DNA from: a bacterium
GTDB taxonomy: Bacteria > Verrucomicrobiota > Verrucomicrobiia > Limisphaerales > UBA11358
DNA length: 64,000 bases
NCBI GenBank assembly: GCA_021813325.1
Contig: JAKALA010000004.1
Span: 20,730-84,729, forward strand
Reading direction: 5' to 3'
Shown here: piece by piece, positions 19,380 to 28,053 of the stretch
How the letters are laid out: each line of letters begins with the position of its first letter
Numbering within the stretch: position 1 is the stretch's first letter
The notes under the pieces: generated by a model
Databases searched by the model: none
The model's input: the letters and a program-made list of their open reading frames with translations, nothing else
Told to the model about the DNA's origin: nothing
Made by a program: the position numbers and the translations under genes

Positions 19380-20467
19380 TGAACTTCCAAGGCGGCCGTT
19401 TGTTGCGCGAGAAAATTGGTCAGTTCCAATAACCCGGTTTGTCCCGGCGATGCGGGCAACACGAGCAGGGCGCGTCGGGCCACCTGCAAATGGCGTTCAA
19501 TTTCCTGAATGGAAGGCGCCAGCGTCTGATACTTTTTAAGCAAACGATTCACGCTTTCCAGGTTTTCTGGATGCCACTTGACGATCAGGTTTTCCAGCAA
19601 GTCCCGGTCGGATGAGCTGGCGCGCTCCCAAGCCAGCAGCAGCGGCCAGGTTAATTTTCCTTTGGCCAGGTCCGTGCCCAGCGATTTGCCGGCCTCGGCT
19701 TCACGGCCAAACAGGTCAACACAGTCGTCATACATTTGGTAGGCGGTGCCCACAGCGGCTCCAAATTCGCGCAGCGCGGAACGTTGCTCAGGGGTGGCAT
19801 GGCTTAAAAAGGCGGCGAGATCGCAGGATAAAGTGAACAGCTCGCCGGTTTTCATGCCGATCACGCGGAAGTAATCGCGCCGGGCGGCCTCGAATTGGCG
19901 CCGTTGCTGGGTTTGCAGGATTTCGCCGGAGCAAACCGTATTGGTGGCCAGGGAAACGGCCCGACAGACTTCTGTGGTGGGAAAACCGGAGGCCAGTTTC
20001 AAAGCTTGCGCAAACAGACAATCGCCAAATAAAACGGCGATTTCGTTGCCCCATTTGGCAGCCAGGGTGGGGCAGCCACGACGAATATCGGCTTCGTCCA
20101 TCACGTCGTCATGCGCCAACGTGGCCAGATGCACCATTTCAATGATGACGGCGGCAGTGACGTGCGATTCAGTGGGTTGGTCAAAACAGCTGGCCGCGAG
20201 GGCTACCAGGGTCGGTCGCAGGTTTTTGCCGCCATTATTGAGCGCATGTTCCGCGTAGGGAATGATTTGCGGGTCGAAATCACGAGCCTGGCGGATGAGT
20301 TGGCCGGTAACCGCAACGAGAAACGGCTCCACCGGTTCCACTATGGTTTTCCAAGAACGAGCGGAGTCTGAAGCTCGTTCGAGTCGGGAAGTCCCCAGTT
20401 TGGTTTCAGCAGCCAGCATTGGGCTGAATTTACTTTTGCGGTGCGGGCTAGTCAAACTTGTTGTCAT
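19376..20467 (-). CDS. Polyprenyl diphosphate synthase (IspB/HepT-like)
   Basis: GGKNLRP, EMVHLATLAHDDVMD..RRG, KTGELF, YQMYDDCVD, GKSLGTDLAKGKLT. The exact start codon is uncertain. Confidence 0.92.
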   Translation of the reverse strand: MTTSLTSPHRKSKFSPMLAAETKLGTSRLERASDSARSWKTIVEPVEPFLVAVTGQLIRQARDFDPQIIPYAEHALNNGGKNLRPTLVALAASCFDQPTESHVTAAVIIEMVHLATLAHDDVMDEADIRRGCPTLAAKWGNEIAVLFGDCLFAQALKLASGFPTTEVCRAVSLATNTVCSGEILQTQQRRQFEAARRDYFRVIGMKTGELFTLSCDLAAFLSHATPEQRSALREFGAAVGTAYQMYDDCVDLFGREAEAGKSLGTDLAKGKLTWPLLLAWERASSSDRDLLENLIVKWHPENLESVNRLLKKYQTLAPSIQEIERHLQVARRALLVLPASPGQTGLLELTNFLAQQTAALEVQ

Positions 20468-20646
20468 TTACAGGCCAATATCTGGTGGTCCGAGGTTGCT
20501 GATTATGCCGGTTATAGTGCGGCGTGATAAGCATTATTTGCCGGTAGAATCAGAAAACATTGAGTTTAATCGATGAATTGTCCAATACACGTCGAATTCG
20601 CCGGGAAATGCTGATGAATTCCGCATTCGCCGGGTCTTATTAAGAA

Positions 20647-20671
20647 AGAGGCCGGAAATAATCCGGCCTCT
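20647..20671 (-). terminator. Probable intrinsic terminator after the cytochrome operon
   Basis: AGAGGCCGGA-aataa-TCCGGCCTCT stem, followed on the minus strand by TTCTT. Confidence 0.6.
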
Positions 20672-20700
20672 CCGTTTGGAAAAATGTCAAAGGGTGCTGG

Positions 20701-22173
20701 CTACCACGGGCCGCCATTGTGACAGTCAGTGCAGGAAGAATCGTAATCTCCGCCGGGATGTTTGAATTTCTGCCCGGCAGGCGCCAGCATGTTTAGTTCA
20801 GCGCCCGTTCCCTGAGCCAGGATGGTATGGCAGGTATTGCAATCGTTGGCTTTGATGCTGGTTTTGCGGTCTTCGGTCTTATGTTCGCCATCATGGCAAC
20901 GAAAACATCCGGGCCAGATCATGTGCCCCACATTGTCCGGATAGCTGGCCCAACTGGCTTTCATTTCCGGGAAGAAGTTCTCGGAGTAAATTTGTTGCAA
21001 GACCGGGATGGAGGCCTTGACCCGTTGGTCCCCGGGGTATTTTTCGGCCAAGGTTTTGGCGATGGCGTTGGTGGCCTCCAGTTCTGTTTTGTAGGGGCGG
21101 GTCAAAACGAACATCGCGTTGGTCTTGATCCAGGGAATGCTGGGATCAATTCGGTTTAAAGCCATGGCTTGGTTGACGGCTTTTTCGGGAGAAAGATACC
21201 GGTGGGATGGGCGGTTATGGCAGTCCATGCAATCCATCGTGCGCACGTCCATTTTGGTCACATCGTTGGTGAAATTCTTGGTTTTGAACACGGTCACATG
21301 GCCGGCGGAATCGGTCACCCGCACCCAGGGAATGGTCTGACGCGCTTCATCGGTGGCGACATACTCGACCTTGTTGCCCGGGAGATTGTGCCAGTGAATT
21401 CCGCCTACCGGACCGTGCTTTGGATCCGAGCCGCCTATCTTCAGCAGCAGGCGGATGGAATATGGCGAGTTGGACTCGTCACTCTGGAAATAGTTGAAGG
21501 TGCGGTCCAAGTTGCCGACAAACGACTGGGGCCAGTGGCATTCTTCGCAGGTTTCACGCGCCGGGCGCAGATTTTTGATGGGGGTGGGAATCGGCCGGGG
21601 ATACTTGTTAAAGGCCACCGCGTATAACTGGTAAGAACCCGAAATTTTGGATTTAACAAACCACGAAACCCCTTTGCCTACATGGCATTCCACGCACGCC
21701 ACGCGTGCATGAGGCCCGTGGTTATGGGTGACCAGTTCGGGTTTCATGACCGAGTGGCAGGTCTCGCCACAAAACGTCACCGATTCGGTGAAGTTAAACG
21801 CATTGTATGACCCAATGGCGGAAAGCAGCAAAAAAACAATGGTGCCGGCAACAAAGGTGATCAACACCCGCCGATCCCGGGGTTTGCTCAAGTCAATTTG
21901 CAAAGACGCCGGTCCCGCCCCATGCGCCCGGCGGCGGCGCTCCAGCCAAGCCCCCAAAAATGCCAGGATAATTCCCGCGATGAGAAAAAACGGCACCACC
22001 ATGTAAGTCGTGAGACTGACATAGGGGTTGGAAAATTTTGAGATCGCATCCAGCGTGAACAGCAGCAAAAAAGAAAACAACGCCCCCAACCCAACCACGG
22101 CGCCGATAAAACTGATCCAATTCCTGAACAGGGAAATGCGTGAGCGTTGGGGAGGCGTGTCGGCGGAATTCAT
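20701..22173 (-). CDS. Membrane-anchored multihaem cytochrome c, NapC/NirT-like N-terminal domain
   Basis: Three N-terminal TM helices. Haem motifs CGETCH (Cx3CH), CVECH, CEECH, CMDCH, CFRCH, CNTCH, CTDCH. Confidence 0.9.
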   Translation of the reverse strand: MNSADTPPQRSRISLFRNWISFIGAVVGLGALFSFLLLFTLDAISKFSNPYVSLTTYMVVPFFLIAGIILAFLGAWLERRRRAHGAGPASLQIDLSKPRDRRVLITFVAGTIVFLLLSAIGSYNAFNFTESVTFCGETCHSVMKPELVTHNHGPHARVACVECHVGKGVSWFVKSKISGSYQLYAVAFNKYPRPIPTPIKNLRPARETCEECHWPQSFVGNLDRTFNYFQSDESNSPYSIRLLLKIGGSDPKHGPVGGIHWHNLPGNKVEYVATDEARQTIPWVRVTDSAGHVTVFKTKNFTNDVTKMDVRTMDCMDCHNRPSHRYLSPEKAVNQAMALNRIDPSIPWIKTNAMFVLTRPYKTELEATNAIAKTLAEKYPGDQRVKASIPVLQQIYSENFFPEMKASWASYPDNVGHMIWPGCFRCHDGEHKTEDRKTSIKANDCNTCHTILAQGTGAELNMLAPAGQKFKHPGGDYDSSCTDCHNGGPW

Positions 22174-22288
22174 GAAACGACAGGTAATTTAAAATTAAAA
22201 TGATCTATGAACTTTGACTCCAAAAACACGCTGGCTGGAAGGCATCCCGGCTTTGCCGGTGAAAACCATCCAGCCAGCCAGCAATCAA

Positions 22289-22618
22289 CTATTTCTTCAA
22301 ACCGCGAATATAGGTTACAAGGGCCTTGATTTCATCGTCGGACAAATTGTCAAACGGCTTCATCAGATGTTTGCCGGAGTCCGATTTCAAGCCTTCCTTG
22401 ATGGCTTTGGTCGCGGCGGCATCTTTCATGTCGGCCTGCACCTTCGCGTCGCTAAAATCTTTGCAGCCCAGCTTTTCACCAATTTTCGTGTCGCCTTTGC
22501 CTTCGGCCCCGTGACATTTGGCGCAAAGTGAATGCCAGTTTTCCTTGGCATCCGCAGCCTTGAGAGACAAAGCGGCCGAGACGCCGAGCATGGTCGCAAT
22601 AAGAATAATTTTTTTCAT
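22289..22618 (-). CDS. Periplasmic monohaem class I cytochrome c
   Basis: Signal peptide, CAKCHG, distal Met in HLMKPF, LSDDEIKALVTYIR. Confidence 0.93.
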   Translation of the reverse strand: MKKIILIATMLGVSAALSLKAADAKENWHSLCAKCHGAEGKGDTKIGEKLGCKDFSDAKVQADMKDAAATKAIKEGLKSDSGKHLMKPFDNLSDDEIKALVTYIRGLKK

Positions 22619-22715
22619 CGTCTTAATTTCCGGTTGGTTATGTGATTTTCGATGTCAACGCATCGTTTCAGTAGTCATAATAAACCGTAATCTGCTCCGG
22701 TCAACCAACCTTGTT

Positions 22716-22733
22716 TTGTTAAATGTCTAACAA
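22716..22733. promoter_or_regulatory. Rex-like palindromic operator upstream of the cytochrome genes
   Basis: TTGTTAA-ATGT-CTAACAA versus the Rex consensus TTGTGAA-N4-TTCACAA (3 mismatches, nearly self-complementary). Confidence 0.45.
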
Positions 22734-22936
22734 TTTTTGGGTGTGGTTTGGCTTAAGTAAGCTATCGGCTTTCCTATCTTTAAAATCAATAATCTTATGT
22801 ATCGCAAAACCTCCGCCGGTTGGGGATGGAAAGCGCGGCATTCATTTCCGGGGGGGCGGATCGGGCGGTTGCCAAATTGATGACCTTGCCAGCAAGCTCT
22901 CGTTGACATCTGAGATTCCCCGCCAACAATAGCGGC

Positions 22937-24742
22937 ATGAAATTTTTACCTCTTGGCTTGGCGCTGTTGCCGGCCCTGGCCAGTTTGAATGTCCCAGCCC
23001 AATCCCAGCCGGCATTCTGGCAGTTTGCCCCCACACCTCCAATGGGCTGGAATAGCTGGGATTGTTTCGGCACCACCCTCACCGAGGCGGAGGCCAAGAC
23101 GGAGGCTGATGCCATGGCCGCGCAATTGAAACCGTATGGCTGGAAATATTTTACCGTGGATATTCAATGGTATGAGGGCCATTCCAAAGGCCATGTGTAT
23201 CAGGCCGGCGCGCAACTTGCCATGGATGACTTCAGCCGTTTGGTGCCCGCAATTCAAAAATTTCCCTCGGCCGCCAACGGAGCTGGATTCAAGCCGTTGG
23301 CGGATTACGTCCATTCCAAGGGACTTAAATTTGGCATCCACATCATGCGAGGCATCCCCAAACAAGCGGTGTGGCAGAACACCCCAATTTGGGGCGCCAA
23401 AGTTCACGCGGCTGACATTGCCAACACCAACAGCACCTGCGCCTGGAATCCCGACATGTTTGGGGTGGACATGGCCAAGCCGGGGGCGCAGGCGTATTAT
23501 GATTCGCTGTTCCAACTCTACGCTTCCTGGGGGGTTGATTTGGTGAAATGCGATGACATTTCGCGTCCCTACGATGCCGGCCAAAAAGCGGAAATCGAGG
23601 CCATTCGCAAAGCGATCGACAAAACCGGCCGGGCCATCGTTCTCAGCCTTTCGCCCGGCGACACGCCGATTGCGCGCGGCGAACACGTCATGCACCACGC
23701 CAATATGTGGCGCATTTCCGATGACTTCTGGGATCGCTGGGCTCCGTTGCATGGCATGTTTGGCCGGCTGGATCGCTGGACCCCATACCGGACGGACGGC
23801 GCGTGGCCGGACGCGGACATGCTGCCGTTTGGCATTATTGAATTCAATCGGCCCACCAAGTTTACCCACGATGAACAAGTGCTGTGCATGACGCTTTGGT
23901 GCATTGCCCGCTCCCCGTTAATTCTCGGCGCGGACATGACGAAACTGGATGATTTTACCCTTCATTTGCTGACCAATCCGGAAGTGCTGGCGGTGAATCA
24001 GGCAAGCACGGCCAATCACCAGCTTTCGCGCCAAAATGATCTCGTCGTTTGGACGGCCGAGGTGCTAGGAAGCCGTGATCGTTACGTGGCGTTTTTCAAC
24101 GCGCAGGGCAATGACGATCCCGTTGACTTGTCCCAAGCCGCGTATCAAAGCCCGGTTTTGCGGGGGGCGCCGGGAAAAGAGGTGGCGGATATTTCTGTCC
24201 CGATCCACGGAGCGCGCCATCTGGTGCTGGCGGTGGGGGACGGTGGCGACGGCAATTTTTATGATCATGCGGCCTGGATCGAACCCAAGCTCATTGGCGC
24301 CAAAGGAACTTTGAAGCTGACGGATCTAAAATGGAAACTGGCCAAGGCGGGATGGCGCGAAGTGCAATTGAACCGCACGGTGGAGGGGCAGCCGCTCACC
24401 TTCCATGGCCAGCCGGTGGAAGGGATCGGCACCCACGCCGTGTCCACTATTGAATACGACTTGCCGGCGGGATACGACACGTTCACCGCCCGTGGTGTCA
24501 TCACTGCAGGCAGCCAGGGCAAGGGATCTTTGCAATTCGCTGTTTTGTTGGACCCGGACACTAAAGCAATGCCGGAACGCAGCAAAGTGTCGGTGTCTTT
24601 TACCGCTCTGGGCATTACCGGCAAAGCCAGGGTGCGTGATCTCTGGAACCGGCGGGACTTGGGTGAATTTGACCGCGAATTCGATTGCGAACTTCCCCTG
24701 CACGGCGCTGGACTTTACCGCGTGACTCCGGTGAACCAGTAG
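22937..24742 (+). CDS. GH27 alpha-galactosidase-like hydrolase with NPCBM/NEW2 domain
   Basis: TPPMGWNSWD, VDIQW, GLKFGIH, WGVDLVKCDD, MWRISDDFWD, WPDADML. An inserted NPCBM-like region (DGGDGNFYDHAAW, GIGTHA). Confidence 0.92.
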   Translation: MKFLPLGLALLPALASLNVPAQSQPAFWQFAPTPPMGWNSWDCFGTTLTEAEAKTEADAMAAQLKPYGWKYFTVDIQWYEGHSKGHVYQAGAQLAMDDFSRLVPAIQKFPSAANGAGFKPLADYVHSKGLKFGIHIMRGIPKQAVWQNTPIWGAKVHAADIANTNSTCAWNPDMFGVDMAKPGAQAYYDSLFQLYASWGVDLVKCDDISRPYDAGQKAEIEAIRKAIDKTGRAIVLSLSPGDTPIARGEHVMHHANMWRISDDFWDRWAPLHGMFGRLDRWTPYRTDGAWPDADMLPFGIIEFNRPTKFTHDEQVLCMTLWCIARSPLILGADMTKLDDFTLHLLTNPEVLAVNQASTANHQLSRQNDLVVWTAEVLGSRDRYVAFFNAQGNDDPVDLSQAAYQSPVLRGAPGKEVADISVPIHGARHLVLAVGDGGDGNFYDHAAWIEPKLIGAKGTLKLTDLKWKLAKAGWREVQLNRTVEGQPLTFHGQPVEGIGTHAVSTIEYDLPAGYDTFTARGVITAGSQGKGSLQFAVLLDPDTKAMPERSKVSVSFTALGITGKARVRDLWNRRDLGEFDREFDCELPLHGAGLYRVTPVNQ

Positions 24743-24794
24743 TCGGCCAAAAGAGTGGCGGCAAACCCAATCTGTTGAAGCGGCTGGAGGCAAG

Positions 24795-25016
24795 CTAAGG
24801 ATTCACCGTGGCTGCCGCGGCATTTTCTGAAGCCGCGTGGCGTGTTTTTTTGAGGTGATTGATTTCGACAAAAAGGAACACCACGATGGCCGCCGTTGTA
24901 AGCAATACGAGCAGCATGTTTCGCATCCGCTTTTTGCGTTTGGAGCGGCGAACACCGGGGAAGAGCCATTCACTGAAGCGTGAGTTCAGACTGCGAATTT
25001 CACGGTGGTCATTCAT
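24795..25016 (-). CDS. Small single-pass membrane protein (hypothetical)
   Basis: MNDHREIRSL...KRKKRMRNMLLVLLTTAAIVVFLFVEI: basic patch followed by a TM helix. Confidence 0.55.
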   Translation of the reverse strand: MNDHREIRSLNSRFSEWLFPGVRRSKRKKRMRNMLLVLLTTAAIVVFLFVEINHLKKTRHAASENAAAATVNP

Positions 25017-25301
25017 GACAATTGGGATTGCTGACGGCTGATTGATTGCAATTTGCTGATCGATGTCCGTGTTGACAAGCTGAAAAATGCTCGGTTTTCC
25101 GGTAAAAATGATCCGTGGACGCAAATTCAAGGCGGGCGGACTGCGCGGTCGGCCGTCTCCGACGAGAATATTCTTCCGTGTTGGCAAACGCTATTTGACT
25201 TGCTGTCAGGCCGCGATTTTTATCACAGTTCTTCAAGATGATTTGGCGTGCCGTCAAATCTTGCCGTGGTGATTTGGCAAAATTTTACAAAGGTCTGTCA
25301 C

Positions 25302-26183
25302 ATGCACCAGCCACCTGAGATCATACTGTTTGTCGGACGACTGCACCCGCTCCTCGTGCATCTGCCCATCGGCATGTTATGCCTGCTGGCGGCGTTGGAA
25401 CTGGCGGCTTGGATGCCGCGTTTTCAAAAGGCCAACGCCAGTGCCGGCTACATCATCGCTTTGGCCGCGCCGCTCGCGGTGGTCACCGCCGGCTGCGGTT
25501 GGTTGCTGTCGCTGTCCGGCGGATACGATCCCAGCCTGCTGGCCTGGCATAAATGGCTGGGAACTATTACGGCGATCGGCGCGGTTGCAACGGCTCTGTT
25601 GTATCGCTGGCGGAAATTCAATTCATATCGCGTCAGCTTGTTCGTCACGGCGGCCATCTTGGCGGCAACAGGCCATCTGGGCGGCTCGCTCACTCACGGC
25701 AGCGATTACTTGTCGCGTTACGCGCCCGGTCCATTGAAATGGATGCTGGGCGGATCCCCCCAGGTTCTGCCTGGCAAAGTCCAATCGACGAAAAATATCA
25801 AGCAGTCTCCTGTGTTTGCTGGAATCGTGCTGCCGATTTTCCAAAACAAATGTATCAATTGTCACGGTCCGGCTAAATCCAAAGGCGGCTTGCGGCTGGA
25901 TTCCTATTCTGCTGTGATGCAGGGCGGCGACGATGGGTTGGCGGTCAAACCCGTGGATTTGGCCGATTCTCCGCTTTGGCAGCGGATTCAACTGCCCGTC
26001 GATGCTGATGATCACATGCCGCCCGGTGGCAAGCCGCAGTTAACTGCCGCCGAAGCCGCCGCGATAAAATGGTGGATCGAAACCGGCACCCGGGACACCA
26101 ATACCGTGGCCGAATTGAAACCTTCGCCAAACATTTCCCAGGTGCTTTCAGAGTTGGAAGGCCAGGCGGCGAAAGCGAATTGA
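25302..26183 (+). CDS. DUF2231-type membrane domain fused to planctomycete-type cytochrome c
   Basis: GRLHPLLVHLPIG, HKWLG, GHLGGSLTHG. Then FQNKCINCHGP..KGGLRLD..HMPPGGKPQLT. Confidence 0.85.
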   Translation: MHQPPEIILFVGRLHPLLVHLPIGMLCLLAALELAAWMPRFQKANASAGYIIALAAPLAVVTAGCGWLLSLSGGYDPSLLAWHKWLGTITAIGAVATALLYRWRKFNSYRVSLFVTAAILAATGHLGGSLTHGSDYLSRYAPGPLKWMLGGSPQVLPGKVQSTKNIKQSPVFAGIVLPIFQNKCINCHGPAKSKGGLRLDSYSAVMQGGDDGLAVKPVDLADSPLWQRIQLPVDADDHMPPGGKPQLTAAEAAAIKWWIETGTRDTNTVAELKPSPNISQVLSELEGQAAKAN

Positions 26184-26232
26184 GCTTCTTTTCTGAATTG
26201 AATTGCTTTCCTGTGCTCTTCAGTATGTTGGC

Positions 26233-27969
26233 GTGAACCTTCGCATCCAATTTGCATTTTCGGTGCTGATCCTGGGCTGGGCGTTGAAAACTTCGGCTCA
26301 AGGGACGGCTTTTAACTATCAGGGACAGCTGAATGACGCGGGTTCGCCTGCCAACGGGATTTATGATTTCCGTTTTGCCGTTTATAACTCGGCGACGAAC
26401 GTCACGCCCGTTACCCTCTGGCAGACCAACTCCGCCGTTCCCGTAAGCAACGGGCTGTTTAATGTGACGCTCGACTTTGGGAGCGCCATTTTTACGGGAA
26501 CGAATTACTGGCTGGCAATCGGCGTGCAGGGCAGCGCGGAAACCAACTTTACCACGCTCCAGCCGCGTCAACCCATTTTGCCCGTGCCGTATGCGATTTT
26601 TGCCAATTCCGCCAGCAATGTGCTGGGAACAGTTCTGGCAACCCAATTAACCGGCACCGTGCCCTCCAGCCAGATTGCCGGGACGTATTCAAATCCCGTT
26701 GGCTTTACCAACACCGGCAACTCGTTCGCCGGTTCGTTTAATGGAACCGTCAGCGGCAACGGTTCCGGCCTGACTGGGCTCAATGCCTCGCAATTGACCA
26801 CGGGCACGGTGGCCGACACCCGGTTGTCAGCCAATGTGGCGCTACTGGATCACAGCCAGACTTACTCCGGAAATAATCAATTTAGCGGGGCCAACAATTT
26901 CACGAATTGGAACAACAATTTCACGGGAAATTTCTTTGGCAACGGCCTGATCGGCTGGGTGCCGACCAATGCGTTGGCCATTCAGGCGGAACGCGATCAT
27001 GGCTATCTGCTGGGAAGTCCGTATCTTTCAGTGGTCACGCTCCCGCCCAATTTCGGCCTGCAGGTCGGCGATATTGTGCGCGTGTCCGGATCGGGCGGCG
27101 GCGGCTGGTTGGTGGCGGAAAATTCCGGTCAAAGCATCATCGGCAATCTGGCCAGCTATCAAAACGCTGTTGCTGGCACCTTGCCGGTCTCGGGTGATTT
27201 TCGCGACGTGGCTGCCTCCTCCAGCCGCAGCGTGATGTATGCCGTGGGCCAGACGTTTTACGGAGTTCAACGCTCCACCGACGGCGGCAGAACGTGGAAT
27301 GCCCTGACTCAGCCCACGGTTTCGGGCTATTACAATTCCGTGGCGTGCTCCGCCGATGGATCAATCGTCTATGCCGTTCCTGCTTCGGGAAATATTCAAA
27401 AATCCACCAACGGAGGATATTTCTGGACCGCGACCACCTATTCGGCCGGGGGGGCTTTTATCCGTTGCAGCGCCGATGGCTCCAAGCTGTTTGCCTCCAT
27501 TGCCTGCTCCGGCGACGGAACGTATCAGGCGGCACTCTCCGGTGGATCCGTTTACATTTCAACCAACTCGGGCACGACTTGGTCAGCCAAGCTTGCTGCC
27601 GCTCCAGCTAATATCGCGTGTCTGGCGGCGTCCAGTGATTGCACCCGGCTCCTGGTCGGGGTCACCAATGGTTTGCTGTATGCCTCGGCCAATCAAGGAG
27701 TCACTTGGAAATCATTGCTCTCAACCAATCAATACTGGTCTGGCGCCTGGATGTCACCGGACGGCAGTAAAATTGCCGTCAGTTCCAAGGCCAAGCAGAA
27801 TGGTGGAACCGATGGTTCAATTTATACCTGCGATCTTGGGCTGCTGCCCAACACCACCAGCACCAACAGCACGATCTGCGGTAGTCAGGGAGCGGCGGTG
27901 GAATTGCAATACGTTGGCAACGGAATGTTCATGCCGATCAGTTCGTCAGGCGTGATTTGGGCCAATTAA
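26233..27969 (+). CDS. Secreted tail-fibre-like surface protein with BNR/beta-propeller region
   Basis: Signal peptide, AQGTAFNYQGQL..NGLFNVTLDFG..PRQPILPVPYA, GNGSGLTGLNASQL, and Asp-box-like repeats STDGGRTW, STNGGYFW, STNSGTTW, SANQGVTW. Confidence 0.7.
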   Translation: MNLRIQFAFSVLILGWALKTSAQGTAFNYQGQLNDAGSPANGIYDFRFAVYNSATNVTPVTLWQTNSAVPVSNGLFNVTLDFGSAIFTGTNYWLAIGVQGSAETNFTTLQPRQPILPVPYAIFANSASNVLGTVLATQLTGTVPSSQIAGTYSNPVGFTNTGNSFAGSFNGTVSGNGSGLTGLNASQLTTGTVADTRLSANVALLDHSQTYSGNNQFSGANNFTNWNNNFTGNFFGNGLIGWVPTNALAIQAERDHGYLLGSPYLSVVTLPPNFGLQVGDIVRVSGSGGGGWLVAENSGQSIIGNLASYQNAVAGTLPVSGDFRDVAASSSRSVMYAVGQTFYGVQRSTDGGRTWNALTQPTVSGYYNSVACSADGSIVYAVPASGNIQKSTNGGYFWTATTYSAGGAFIRCSADGSKLFASIACSGDGTYQAALSGGSVYISTNSGTTWSAKLAAAPANIACLAASSDCTRLLVGVTNGLLYASANQGVTWKSLLSTNQYWSGAWMSPDGSKIAVSSKAKQNGGTDGSIYTCDLGLLPNTTSTNSTICGSQGAAVELQYVGNGMFMPISSSGVIWAN

Positions 27970-28053
27970 ACCGCTGCCAATTCGTCGTTAACTTCATTCC
28001 TGGTTTCACGATCCACTTGAACGGCGCCGCCGTGGCCACGCATACTGTTGCCG

